DNA from: an uncultured Candidatus Bathyarchaeia archaeon
GTDB lineage: Archaea; Thermoproteota; Bathyarchaeia; Bathyarchaeales; Bathycorpusculaceae
DNA length: 43,400 bases
Direction of reading: 5' to 3'
Assembly: GCA_964632825.1 (NCBI GenBank)
Contig: CAZWBY010000001.1
Location: forward strand, 1 to 43,400
Shown here: one piece after another, positions 9,198 through 17,473 of the stretch
How positions within the stretch are numbered: the stretch's first letter is position 1
How the letters are laid out: every line of letters starts with the position of its first letter
Notes under the pieces: generated by a model
What the model was told of the DNA's origin: nothing
What the model saw: only the letters and a program-made list of their open reading frames with translations
Databases searched by the model: none
Translations under genes and position numbers: made by a program

Positions 9198-9716
9198 CTA
9201 TTGTAGCCGTTTGTTTTTGAACCAGATTTTCGCCAGTTCTTCGTAGTTTGGAAGGAGTCGCTTGAGTATGGGAATGTACATGTGTATCTCTTCGTCGGAG
9301 AGATACTGGAATTGAAACTCACCCATGTAAGGAGAGGGTTCGCCATCGCGCGAAATGAACTCCATATGCATGAAAGGGTCTCCTCTCTTGATCACTATGG
9401 GTTTTCGGTCGTTGCTTAGGTTAACCAATTCAAGCACTATCCGCCCAATGAAACCGCTGTGGATTTTTGCAGCATTGAGGAAAGAAAGCCCCATCCGCCC
9501 GTATTTGCTCTTGGCAGTGAGGTGTGCGACGTAATTGGGAGGAGTGAAGACCACCTCGTGTGAAACGATGTTTTTGTGTTCCAGATAGTGAACGGTTGTT
9601 TCCTCCTTAACTGTCAGGATGTAACCGTCGCCGTCCAAAAGAGTGTAATCATGCGGATAAACGCATTTGAAATTGTCAATTAGTTCCTTGAACTTGTCTC
9701 TGCCCAATATACCCAT
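9198..9716 (-). CDS. dCTP deaminase/dUTPase-superfamily protein (divergent)
   Basis: MGILGRDKFKELI..., DGDGYILTV, AKSKYGRMGLSFLNAAKIHSGFIGRIVLELVNLSN, IKRGDPFMHMEF parallel the Dcd motifs (SS.ARLG, DPGF.G..TLE..N, G....Q..F). The track ORF starts at TTG 9743. ATG 9716 is preferred: GAGGG lies 8 nt upstream and a strong TATA box at 9759-9771. Confidence 0.55.
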   Translation of the reverse strand: MGILGRDKFKELIDNFKCVYPHDYTLLDGDGYILTVKEETTVHYLEHKNIVSHEVVFTPPNYVAHLTAKSKYGRMGLSFLNAAKIHSGFIGRIVLELVNLSNDRKPIVIKRGDPFMHMEFISRDGEPSPYMGEFQFQYLSDEEIHMYIPILKRLLPNYEELAKIWFKNKRLQ

Positions 9717-9758
9717 TTGATAGCCCTCAAATCTTTCAACCAATACTCAAAGAGCCCA

Positions 9759-9771
9759 TTATATATTTTTT
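9759..9771 (-). promoter_or_regulatory. TATA box (AAAAAATATATAA on minus strand) for the dcd-like gene
   Basis: AT-rich TATA-like element about 45-50 nt upstream of ATG 9716. Spacing is consistent with an archaeal promoter and a short SD-containing leader. Confidence 0.45.
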
Positions 9772-9903
9772 GCAGAAACGTGAAAACAGTCCTCTTCATG
9801 TGGAGTTAGAGTGAGTTCATTGAAGGGACTAACAACGTACGGTATTGAGAAGGGCAAGTTCTGGTTGACTTTAATCACATGCAGGCTACACTGCTGAGTG
9901 ATT

Positions 9904-10032
9904 CTAGCCGTACCATTTGATTATTTGGGCGATCGCCCTTTTTGAGTACCCATTCTCGTTCAGGATTTTTGCAAGATCATCAAGAGTCTCAATATTCACG
10001 TTAAGCGCCAAAAACACCTTACCCCTGTACAT
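9904..10032 (-). CDS. Small 42-aa ORF (below ORF-track cutoff), hypothetical
   Basis: Hand translation: MYRGKVFLALNVNIETLDDLAKILNENGYSKRAIAQIIKWYG*. ATG at 10032, TAG at 9906-9904. A helix-rich, protein-like sequence in an otherwise empty 465-bp gap. Confidence 0.25.
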   Translation of the reverse strand: MYRGKVFLALNVNIETLDDLAKILNENGYSKRAIAQIIKWYG

Positions 10033-10051
10033 ATTTAATTCTTAATTCGGG

Positions 10052-10079
10052 AACGGAAATATGTCAAAAAACGGAAATA
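10052..10079. promoter_or_regulatory. Direct repeat AACGGAAATA x2 (10052-10061, 10070-10079) in a divergent promoter region
   Basis: Exact 10-nt repeat, 18 nt start-to-start. It lies between the small ORF (minus) and the APH-like kinase gene (plus). Confidence 0.4.
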
Positions 10080-10208
10080 CCCCTGAACAATCCTAAGCTC
10101 TGGACCTGCACCGCTCGCTCGTTTTATGTACTAGCCCAGATAGTTCTATATTGCTCAAAACATTCTTTAAAACAAAAAGTTGCCTAAGCCTATAACGGAG
10201 AAAGCTAA

Positions 10209-11216
10209 TTGACCGATCAAAAGCAGGTAGTTGAGGCTTTGCTTAATCCCAAAGCATACGAAGACGATCCCCAAGGAATAGAACTGGTCCAAACCCACAT
10301 ATCCTTCGTGTTCCTCACCAGAAAATTCGTCTACAAAGTCAAGAAAGCGGTGAACCTTGGATTCCTAGACTTCACGTCCCTTGAGAAGCGGCGTTTCTTC
10401 TGCGAAAGAGAGTTGGAGCTGAACAGGCGCCTTTGCGGGGACATGTACTTGGAAGTTGTCCCCATCAACAAATCAGATGACATTAGGATAAAAGGGGAAG
10501 GAGAAACCATCGAGTATGCTGTTAAGATGAAAAGAATGCCGCAAGACAGAATGCTGAGCAGACTCCTTGAACAGCGAAAAGTGGACGCGAACTTGATCGA
10601 CAAGATTGCTAAAATCATGTCAAAATTCCATTCAGAAGCTGGGACAAAGAACAGAATATGCAAGTATGAACTCGACCCAATTGTAGAGGTAAACTGGAAG
10701 GAGAATTTCGAGCAGACCGTAGAATTCATTGGAAGTACGATATCCAAAGGGATGTACGAACAGATCAACAAGAAGATTGAGGATTTCGCTAGACGAAACC
10801 TGCCAGTTTTCAAAAAGCGTATGAAAGAAGGCAAAGTCAGAGACTGCCACGGAGACGTTCATTCAGGAAATATTTTCGTTACTGATGCAGTCTACATTTT
10901 TGACGCTATAGAATTTAACGAGAGGATCAGCTACTCGGACGTTGCAGGCGACGTTGGGTTTCTGGCAATGGATTTGGATTTTAAAGAAAGAACCGATCTG
11001 TCCAACTCCTTTGTTGAGAGATACATCAGATATTCCGGAGATCGAGAGCTGGAAGTTTTGCTTCCATTTTACAAGTGCTACAGGGCTTACGTGCGCGGAA
11101 AAGTCGTCAGTTTCAGACTCAAGGATCCGAACATTAGCGACCTTGATAAGAAAGAAGCAAAGAAAGAGGCCGAGGCGTACTTCAGGCTTGCTTTCGGCTA
11201 CACAAAGGGACTCTAA
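10209..11216 (+). CDS. Aminoglycoside-phosphotransferase-like kinase, COG2187 N-terminal-domain type
   Basis: VQTHISFVFLTRKFVYKVKKAVNLGFLDFTSLEKRRFFCERELELNRRLCGDMYLEVVPI is the hallmark N-terminus of the family annotated 'bifunctional aminoglycoside phosphotransferase/ATP-binding protein'. The catalytic loop CHGDVHSGNIF and IFDAIEF are present. Confidence 0.6.
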   Translation: MTDQKQVVEALLNPKAYEDDPQGIELVQTHISFVFLTRKFVYKVKKAVNLGFLDFTSLEKRRFFCERELELNRRLCGDMYLEVVPINKSDDIRIKGEGETIEYAVKMKRMPQDRMLSRLLEQRKVDANLIDKIAKIMSKFHSEAGTKNRICKYELDPIVEVNWKENFEQTVEFIGSTISKGMYEQINKKIEDFARRNLPVFKKRMKEGKVRDCHGDVHSGNIFVTDAVYIFDAIEFNERISYSDVAGDVGFLAMDLDFKERTDLSNSFVERYIRYSGDRELEVLLPFYKCYRAYVRGKVVSFRLKDPNISDLDKKEAKKEAEAYFRLAFGYTKGL

Positions 11217-11230
11217 GCAGAAGACAGCTG

Positions 11231-12100
11231 TCAGGCGCCGAATTTGCATGCCATATTCGTTGGAACTTCAACAGTTCCCATCACAATTGGTTTTTGATGG
11301 CAGTCGCTTCCCCCTGTCATAAGGAGTTCTTGTCTTTTTGCGAAACCTACATAGTGGTCAGTCGTTTGCGAGTCGCTTCGCGAGTGCCAACACTCCAATC
11401 CGTCTATAAAAGATAGCATTGAATCCGCAATTATATCTGTCTGCTCAGACAATGATCGGGTTAGTGTAGCCAGAGAAGTTCCATGAGGATCGTTTGGATG
11501 CGCTAAGACGATCTTTCCCCCAGCGTCTCTAACCAGCTTGGAGGCCTCGTCTAGATGAAGTGGATATTTGGGTACATCGCACTTGACAAGATATTTGTCA
11601 AAAGCTTCTTGCCTGTTTTTGACAAACCCTTTTCTTACCAGATAATCGGCTATGTGAGGTCTTCCAAGAGTGCCGTCCACTGATGCTTGAATAGCAGCAA
11701 AGTCTTCTTTGGTCAGTCGGACTAGGCCTTCTTGGTCAAATTCCATGTTCAAGTTCTTCAAGATTCTCGTTGCCCTTTCCTCGCGGTATTCAGCCATCTG
11801 TTTGAGCTTAGCTCTAAGCTTTCGGTTTTTGGGGTCAAACGCATATCCCAAGAAGTCAAGCGAGATGGGCTTTTCCGCATTGTGTTTTGGATACGAGAAG
11901 GTCACGTTTAATTCGACGCCGCAAACGTAATGGATGTTTCGTTTGACCGCCAGGTCAATGGCAAGGTTTTGGCCTTCAAGTGAATCGTGATCTGTAATGG
12001 ATAACACCCCGATCTTCCGCGTTGCAGCCTCGCGCAGGATTTCTGAAACAGTAAGAGCGCCATCGGAGTGTTTGGAATGAACGTGAAGGTCGATTATCAT
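11231..12100 (-). CDS. PHP-domain metal-dependent phosphoesterase
   Basis: MIIDLHVHSKHSDGALTVSEIL...VLSITDHDS...AHPN...SDCH is the PHP (polymerase/histidinol phosphatase) His/Asp motif series. Confidence 0.8.
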   Translation of the reverse strand: MIIDLHVHSKHSDGALTVSEILREAATRKIGVLSITDHDSLEGQNLAIDLAVKRNIHYVCGVELNVTFSYPKHNAEKPISLDFLGYAFDPKNRKLRAKLKQMAEYREERATRILKNLNMEFDQEGLVRLTKEDFAAIQASVDGTLGRPHIADYLVRKGFVKNRQEAFDKYLVKCDVPKYPLHLDEASKLVRDAGGKIVLAHPNDPHGTSLATLTRSLSEQTDIIADSMLSFIDGLECWHSRSDSQTTDHYVGFAKRQELLMTGGSDCHQKPIVMGTVEVPTNMACKFGA

Positions 12101-12116
12101 GACATGTGTGTTCCGG

Positions 12117-12722
12117 CTATCTTCGTTCTAGACTGACGACGTACCAACTCATAGGAGAGTCATTCTCTGTATCTACCGTGAAATGCACAATTTGCAGTCC
12201 AGGAACAGCTCTCTTCAAGGCATCGGTGTCAACAGGTTCAGATTTGCTCTTGTTGTTTAGATACGCTTCAACTGTGAGGGCGTTCGATTCGTATTTTTCC
12301 TTAGTTCGCCGCTGAATTCTATCTACAGACGCCCTTTCGGAGCATTTCGTTTCAAGTATTGCCAAGGGAATCTTGTGTTTTGCCGCAATTTCAGCGGCGC
12401 GCCTCCGAAGGTCTTGGGTAACGAAAGTAGCATCCAAAATCAAACCCTTTCGAGCCTTGCTAAGTGTGTCGTCTGCGCGCTTGAACATTTCGTCGTATAC
12501 GGAAAGTCGTTTGCTCATGTTCCCCGCAACTCTTACGTCAAAAACGTCTTCGTTCTTGAGAACTTCAAGTCGGATCAGATCGCTCCGAAGAATTGGGTAC
12601 CCCTTGATTCTTGAGACTTCCTCCGAAGTCTCCGTTTTCCAAGTTCCCGGAAGGCCTGACGTAATCATGAGAGTCTCTGCAGGTAGTTCCGTCCGGATAA
12701 ATTTTGAAAAAGGTTCTCTCAT
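12117..12722 (-). CDS. P-loop kinase-like protein (AAA_33/zeta-toxin-like; corresponds to the COG2187 C-terminal domain)
   Basis: LMITSGLPGTWKTE at the Walker A position (Trp where the second Gly is expected). LILDATF is Walker-B-like. 201 aa, 16 nt upstream of the PHP gene on the same strand. Confidence 0.5.
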   Translation of the reverse strand: MREPFSKFIRTELPAETLMITSGLPGTWKTETSEEVSRIKGYPILRSDLIRLEVLKNEDVFDVRVAGNMSKRLSVYDEMFKRADDTLSKARKGLILDATFVTQDLRRRAAEIAAKHKIPLAILETKCSERASVDRIQRRTKEKYESNALTVEAYLNNKSKSEPVDTDALKRAVPGLQIVHFTVDTENDSPMSWYVVSLERR

Positions 12723-12766
12723 GGAAATAACCTCAAACAGAAAGGTTCAGCCATGGCTTAATTAAA

Positions 12767-12786
12767 CGTTTCCGCCAACGGAAACG
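12767..12786. promoter_or_regulatory. Inverted repeat CGTTTCCG-CCAA-CGGAAACG in the divergent promoter region between the P-loop kinase and ahcY
   Basis: Perfect 8-bp arms with a 4-nt spacer. The half-site ACGGAAA is shared with the 10052-10079 direct repeats. Confidence 0.4.
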
Positions 12787-12840
12787 CACAGATTAGGCAA
12801 AACTAAAAAGCAAGCCAGCCCTCTCTTTAAGAAAAGAGGA

Positions 12841-14103
12841 TTGAACATGGAGAAATTCCTAGTCAAAGACATCTCGCTTGCAGCACAAGGCTTTCTTCAG
12901 GTTGAATGGGCTTCATCACACATGCCAGTTCTAAACCAAGTCAAAAGCAGATTTGCCAAAGAAAAACCACTCAAGGGTTTGGTGCTTGGCGCTTGTCTCC
13001 ACGTAACCAAAGAGACCGCAGTTCTAGTAGAAGCATTGGTTGCAGGAGGAGCGAAGGTCGCGCTGTGCGCGTCCAACCCGTTGTCCACACAGGACGATGT
13101 GGCAGCTGCCCTTGCAGAAGAAGGTGTTCACGTTTATGCATGGCGCGGGCAATCTACTGAGGACTATTACAAATGCATACACAAAGTATTGGATCACAAA
13201 CCCGAGATAACCCTCGACGACGGAGCGGACCTCGTGGGCACGCTCCACAGCAAACGCACAGAAGGGTTGAAGAACGTGAAGGGCGGAACTGAGGAGACCA
13301 CGACAGGAGTCGTTCGCTTGAGAGCAATGGAAAAAGATGGAAGCCTCAAGTACCCGATAGTAGCTGTTAATGATGCCTACACGAAATACCTTTTCGACAA
13401 CCGCTATGGCACTGGACAGAGCACAATAGATGGTGTAATTAGGGCAACCAACTCGCTGCTTGCAGGCAAAACCTTTGTGGTGTGTGGCTATGGATGGTGC
13501 AGCAGGGGTATAGCAATGCGCGCCCAAGGGCACGGCGCAAACGTGGTTGTAACAGAGGTCCAACCAACTAGGGCACTGGAAGCAGTGATGAACGGATTGC
13601 GCGTTATGCCCATTGCTGAAGCTGCCGAAATAGGAGACATTTTTGTGACAGCCACGGGGGACATAAACGTGATTAGAAAAGAGCACATGCAAAAGATGAA
13701 GGACGGGACCATAATCGCGAACAGCGGTCACTTTAACGTAGAGATTAGCATACCGGACCTGGAGGATTTGTCGAAGTCTAAGAGAACGCTCAGACCCAAC
13801 TTGGTAGAATACACTCTAAAGGATGGAAAGAGGATTATTTTGCTGGCTGAAGGAAGGCTCGTGAACCTTGCTGCAGCGGAAGGACACCCATCCGAGGTAA
13901 TGGACATGTCTTTCGCGAATCAGGCACTTTGTGCCGAACACATTGCAAAGACAGAGCGACTTGCACCTAAAGTCTATGCTGTCCCTCGCGAAATTGACGA
14001 GGGAGTGGCCAGCTTGAAACTGAAGGCAATGGGAATCAAGATCGATACATTAACGCCTGAACAGCAGAAGTATTTAGCCACATGGGAAATGGGAACTACG
14101 TAG
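12841..14103 (+). CDS. ahcY: Adenosylhomocysteinase (SAH hydrolase)
   Basis: 420 aa. [11 protein letters not shown]...[17 protein letters not shown]...[10 protein letters not shown]...[22 protein letters not shown]...[11 protein letters not shown] full-length AhcY pattern. ATG at 12847 is an alternative start. Confidence 0.95.
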   Translation: MNMEKFLVKDISLAAQGFLQVEWASSHMPVLNQVKSRFAKEKPLKGLVLGACLHVTKETAVLVEALVAGGAKVALCASNPLSTQDDVAAALAEEGVHVYAWRGQSTEDYYKCIHKVLDHKPEITLDDGADLVGTLHSKRTEGLKNVKGGTEETTTGVVRLRAMEKDGSLKYPIVAVNDAYTKYLFDNRYGTGQSTIDGVIRATNSLLAGKTFVVCGYGWCSRGIAMRAQGHGANVVVTEVQPTRALEAVMNGLRVMPIAEAAEIGDIFVTATGDINVIRKEHMQKMKDGTIIANSGHFNVEISIPDLEDLSKSKRTLRPNLVEYTLKDGKRIILLAEGRLVNLAAAEGHPSEVMDMSFANQALCAEHIAKTERLAPKVYAVPREIDEGVASLKLKAMGIKIDTLTPEQQKYLATWEMGTT

Positions 14104-14179
14104 AGTCCAGTATATCGGAAGTCACGGTAAACTTTAAAAGAATGATCAAATAAACATGGCTGTAAAGTAGTGAATCAAA

Positions 14180-14509
14180 ATGGTTAGCAAAGATCAAACA
14201 ATAGGTGCAGTCATCTGTCTCGTTTGTGTCTTGGTTGCTGTATTCTACGTGGTTAGCCTCTTCTTCCCCGCGTGGCTCGGCTTTCTCGTAAAAGACTTCG
14301 TATTTGACCAGTTCTGGTTAATCGCAATACCAGTGCTAATAGCGTTCGTAGCGATACTCGCGATAGGCGCATGGATAGGCTGGACAATGGCAACAACCCC
14401 ACCACCAAAACCAATCGAAGAAATAACTACTGAAATGGAAGAGAAGAAAGAAGAGACGAAGACAGAGGAACCAGCCACAGAAGAGAAGAAAGCCGAGAAG
14501 AAGAAATAG
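14180..14509 (+). CDS. Small membrane protein (2 predicted TM helices) with a Lys/Glu-rich C-terminal tail
   Basis: Two hydrophobic stretches (AVICLVCVLVAVFYVVSLFF; LIAIPVLIAFVAILAIGAWIGW) followed by EEITTEMEEKKEETKTEEPATEEKKAEKKK. Confidence 0.45.
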   Translation: MVSKDQTIGAVICLVCVLVAVFYVVSLFFPAWLGFLVKDFVFDQFWLIAIPVLIAFVAILAIGAWIGWTMATTPPPKPIEEITTEMEEKKEETKTEEPATEEKKAEKKK

Positions 14510-14675
14510 CTTCAGCCTCGCGCTTCATCAATCCAACCCTAACTGTGCTAAGGGATTCCTAGTTTTCTTTTTTACTTCAACCCCCATAAGATATGCAGTC
14601 TGTTTATCAAGAAGAGTCAATGTTGAAACAAGTCAATTCTAGCAGGATTTTTTCATAACGCAGGATAGCAGTTCA

Positions 14676-14918
14676 TCAGGCCAAACCGCGCGCGCAAAGC
14701 AATGAGCCAGTCATTCCAGGGTCGGCCTGCTTACCGGCGACTCCAAAAAAGATTTCACCAAAGAGCGATTTCGCGGCTTTGAAATCTCCGTTCTGAATGA
14801 GAGCAGAGGCACTGTCAAGTTTTCTTTTCCTTTCGCGCAACAAGAGTGCCCATTTATGACAATGCCGCTCATCCAAGTTAGTCAAGACAATCACCAGCTG
14901 AAGCCATACTACGAACAA
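14676..14918 (-). CDS. Hypothetical 80-aa ORF (doubtful)
   Basis: Only ORF in the gap 14510-15026. No recognisable family. Confidence 0.15.
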   Translation of the reverse strand: MFVVWLQLVIVLTNLDERHCHKWALLLRERKRKLDSASALIQNGDFKAAKSLFGEIFFGVAGKQADPGMTGSLLCARGLA

Positions 14919-15026
14919 GTTTACTGAAATAGTTAGCGGTGATCGAAGCCGTCAGTCAACTGCGAGCTTGCGTGGTGCCCTTTTGAACAGGCACGTTATT
15001 AAAGTCCAGTGCATTGAGTCAATCCA

Positions 15027-15362
15027 GTGAATGGCATGTCCTTCGATTTGATCTTTGCATTAGTGGGGTTCCTAATAATGCTGGGCGTTCTGCTGGGCAT
15101 AGGCATTAATCAGCCAAGAGGCGTGAGCGTAAAGACCTGGTGTTATGGGTACTTGGCCATCTCAATAGTCTTTGACATACTCGTAGTAATTGCGCTAGTC
15201 AGTGGGGCCCAACTGGCATGGCTTACGAATCTTCTACTCGGTCTTTCAGCGGGAGCCGCCACGGGCTTAGGAATCCACGTGGCCCATCATATCTCCGAAG
15301 AAGACGAGCATGAACATGGGACAGAGACAGGCAAGAAGAGCCTCTCACCTTTCGGTTTTTAG
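15027..15362 (+). CDS. Small membrane protein (3 predicted TM helices), acidic/His-rich C-terminus
   Basis: Hydrophobic segments LIFALVGFLIMLGVLLGIGI, YGYLAISIVFDILVVIALV and LTNLLLGLSAGAATGLGI, then HHISEEDEHEHG. Confidence 0.4.
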   Translation: MNGMSFDLIFALVGFLIMLGVLLGIGINQPRGVSVKTWCYGYLAISIVFDILVVIALVSGAQLAWLTNLLLGLSAGAATGLGIHVAHHISEEDEHEHGTETGKKSLSPFGF

Positions 15363-15384
15363 TGAGAGACTGTATTAATGTTGG

Positions 15385-15500
15385 TGGCGCCGGGGAAGGG
15401 ACTCGAACCCCTGCGAGCCAAAGGCCCACTGGCTGGCTTGCCCACTTTTCTTACTACGAGGATCTCGAGGCCAGCGCGATAACCACTCCGCCACCCCGGC
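15385..15500 (-). tRNA. tRNA-Ser (anticodon CGA) with a ~29-nt intron at the canonical 37/38 position; CCA encoded
   Basis: Minus strand reads GCCGGGG-TG-GCG-GAGTGGTTAT-CGC-G-CTGGC-CTCGAG-[ATCCTCGTAGTAAGAAAAGTGGGCAAGCC]-A-GCCAG-TGGGCCTTTGGCTCGC-AGGGG-TTCGAGT-CCCTT-CCCCGGC-G-CCA. It has a 7-bp acceptor stem, a 3-bp D stem, a 5-bp anticodon stem once the intron (about 15435-15463) is removed, a 16-nt class II variable arm (GGGCC/GGCTC stem), and a T arm with TTCGAGT. Confidence 0.8.
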
Positions 15501-15879
15501 TCGAGATAGGATTGCACGTGCTGTCTAAAAACGTTTTCAGTAATTACTCTACCCATAAATCAGCCGCCCTGGGAAACAGGCAGAAATATGTCCGTGAGCA
15601 GTATTTCCCTTTCTTTTAGAAAGGGTGCGAGACTTCCCGTTGCAGTGGCACGATTAAGCTCAACCTTCTTCTGACTGAAGAATTTTGGAAATTACCGAGG
15701 GGGATAGGGACAGATGAATGCTACGGTCAGACATTTTTCCTACGCTGTATTCAGCGGCAACGCCGCCAACATGAGATTGGATTCTTCCTCGACGTATGCC
15801 CCACTCACCTTCAGACGCAAGCAGAGATGTTTTTTAGGAGAAACAAGCAAAGAAGTAGCAGCTCAAGTCAGAAAGCAAA

Positions 15880-17457
15880 GTGCGACAACCCATGGTCGAG
15901 AAAGAGAAACTGCAGAAAGCCATCGAAGCAACGATAGCAGCAGGATACCAACTGAGCAGCGATGCCTTCGAATTCCTCTGCTCGGGGCTTATCACAGAGG
16001 ACCCTCAGAGCCTAATGCACAAGGCATTGCAGAAGGCAGACGGTCTTGCCGAAAAACCAATGTTTATTCAAAGAATCTTCCTGGAGGAGGTCATCCAAGC
16101 TACCGTCAACGCGCCCTTAGAGAATGGCGGCGCCATGTCCCACTCGCTGATGGAGCCTCCATTGGAGGAAACAATCCACGCCAGTGAGAGCGCAGCAGTT
16201 TTTCACCCATATGCGAAAGACGTTGAAGCGGACATAAAGGTAATCGAAGACCCCACGACAAAACTCAGCTCCAACGGAACATTTGATGATTATCTCCACT
16301 ACTTTCAGGACCGGTTTAAGAGAATAGAGCGATTGCTCAGGCAGAGAATAGACGTTAAATCGGCAACACCCATTCGTGAAGCACTCAAGTCCCAACCGAA
16401 GGCAAAACTCAAGATTGTCTGCATGATAAGCGAAAAGAGGGAGTCCAAGCAAAACATAATATTGACGGTAGAAGACCTTGAGGCGAGTGCCACCGTACTC
16501 GTTACCCACAACGCCAAAGAGGAACTTCGAAGAAAGGCCCAGACGCTCCTTTCCGATCAAGTTGTGTGCCTTGCAGTGGTGAAAACTAGAAGCAGACTCT
16601 TCCTAGCAGAAGACATAATATTCCCCGAAGTGGGTCAAAAAATTCCACACAAAGCACCCGAGCCAATTTACGCCGTTCTAACATCCGACATGCACGTTGG
16701 AAGCACAAAATTCCAGAAAGAAGCGTTCAAACGCTTCATCCTCTGGATCAACGGAAAATACGGAAACGAGAAGATGAAAGAGATGGCCAGCCATGTGAAG
16801 TACGTATTGGTGGCGGGAGACATTGTCGATGGCATCGGAGTTTATCCAAACCAAGCGAAGGAACTGGCTATCAGAGACATACAGAAACAGTACAAGTTTG
16901 CCTCAAGACTGATTGAACGAATTCCAGAATACATTGAAGTCGTTATTTCGCCAGGCAATCACGACGCGCCTCGAAAGGCACTTCCACAACCTGCAATAGC
17001 TAAGGAGTTCCTGGCTTGCCTGAAAGAAAGCAGGACGATCCACTCTCTCGGCGACCCCTGCACCGTTAGCCTTCATGGAGTAGAAGTCCTGATGTATCAT
17101 GGCCGGAGCCTAGATGACATAATCGCTAACATACCAGGAATGGACCCACATTATCCTGAGAAGGCCATGAAACTGCTTCTGCAAAGTCGGCACTTGGCAC
17201 CTCTTTACGGCGGAAAAACCTTGCTCTCGCCAGAGAACCGAGATTTCCTAGTAATAGAACGTGTTCCTGACATCTTCCACGCAGGTCACATTCATGTCTT
17301 GGGGTACTGCAACCACCGCGGAGTCCTAACTGTCAACTCTGGAGGCTGGCAGGAGCAGACTGACTATATGGCGAAGTTGGGCATCACTCCGACACCTGGA
17401 AAGGTGCCACTTGTAAACCTTCAGACCCTTGAGACGACAATCCTTTCTTTCGCGTAG
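15880..17457 (+). CDS. polB: DNA polymerase II (PolD) small subunit DP1
   Basis: 525 aa. OB-fold region, then a calcineurin-like phosphoesterase domain with LTSDMHVGS, VAGDIVDG, GNHD and HAGHIHV motifs. The likely start is ATG 15892 (MVEKEKLQKAIE...). Confidence 0.9.
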   Translation: MRQPMVEKEKLQKAIEATIAAGYQLSSDAFEFLCSGLITEDPQSLMHKALQKADGLAEKPMFIQRIFLEEVIQATVNAPLENGGAMSHSLMEPPLEETIHASESAAVFHPYAKDVEADIKVIEDPTTKLSSNGTFDDYLHYFQDRFKRIERLLRQRIDVKSATPIREALKSQPKAKLKIVCMISEKRESKQNIILTVEDLEASATVLVTHNAKEELRRKAQTLLSDQVVCLAVVKTRSRLFLAEDIIFPEVGQKIPHKAPEPIYAVLTSDMHVGSTKFQKEAFKRFILWINGKYGNEKMKEMASHVKYVLVAGDIVDGIGVYPNQAKELAIRDIQKQYKFASRLIERIPEYIEVVISPGNHDAPRKALPQPAIAKEFLACLKESRTIHSLGDPCTVSLHGVEVLMYHGRSLDDIIANIPGMDPHYPEKAMKLLLQSRHLAPLYGGKTLLSPENRDFLVIERVPDIFHAGHIHVLGYCNHRGVLTVNSGGWQEQTDYMAKLGITPTPGKVPLVNLQTLETTILSFA

Positions 17458-17473
17458 AATTTTCGCTTTGGGC

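Noticed and set aside
9815-9835. GAAGGGACT, a 9-nt match to the 3' half of tRNA-Ser, considered as a possible att site of an integrated element
   Set aside because: The match is only 9 nt and does not extend. The intervening 5.5 kb contains core genes such as ahcY and no integrase, so it is a chance match.
10331-11249. 167-aa, 76-aa and 128-aa minus-strand ORFs
   Set aside because: All are antisense to the APH-like kinase gene, which has clear catalytic motifs on the + strand.
13024-13731. 235-aa minus-strand ORF
   Set aside because: It lies entirely inside and antisense to the highly conserved ahcY gene. The translation is Cys/His-rich nonsense.
14510-14700. UGAUGA-like strings on the minus strand (TTGATGA near 14530, CTGATGA near 14685), considered as C/D box sRNAs
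   Set aside because: No correctly spaced D'/D CUGA boxes (spacers of 9 nt, or none at all) and no terminal stem, unlike the candidate at 37918-37978.
15636-15655. ORB-like string TTGCAGTGGCAC upstream of the DP1 gene
   Set aside because: Three mismatches to the TTCCAGTGGAAA core and no downstream G-string. Unlike the three boxes upstream of cdc6, it has no partner or AT-rich element.
15714-16187. 157-aa + ORF overlapping the start of the PolD small subunit
   Set aside because: It is in an alternative frame to DP1. It is Arg/Ser-rich, has no recognisable domain, and would leave DP1 without its N-terminal domain.
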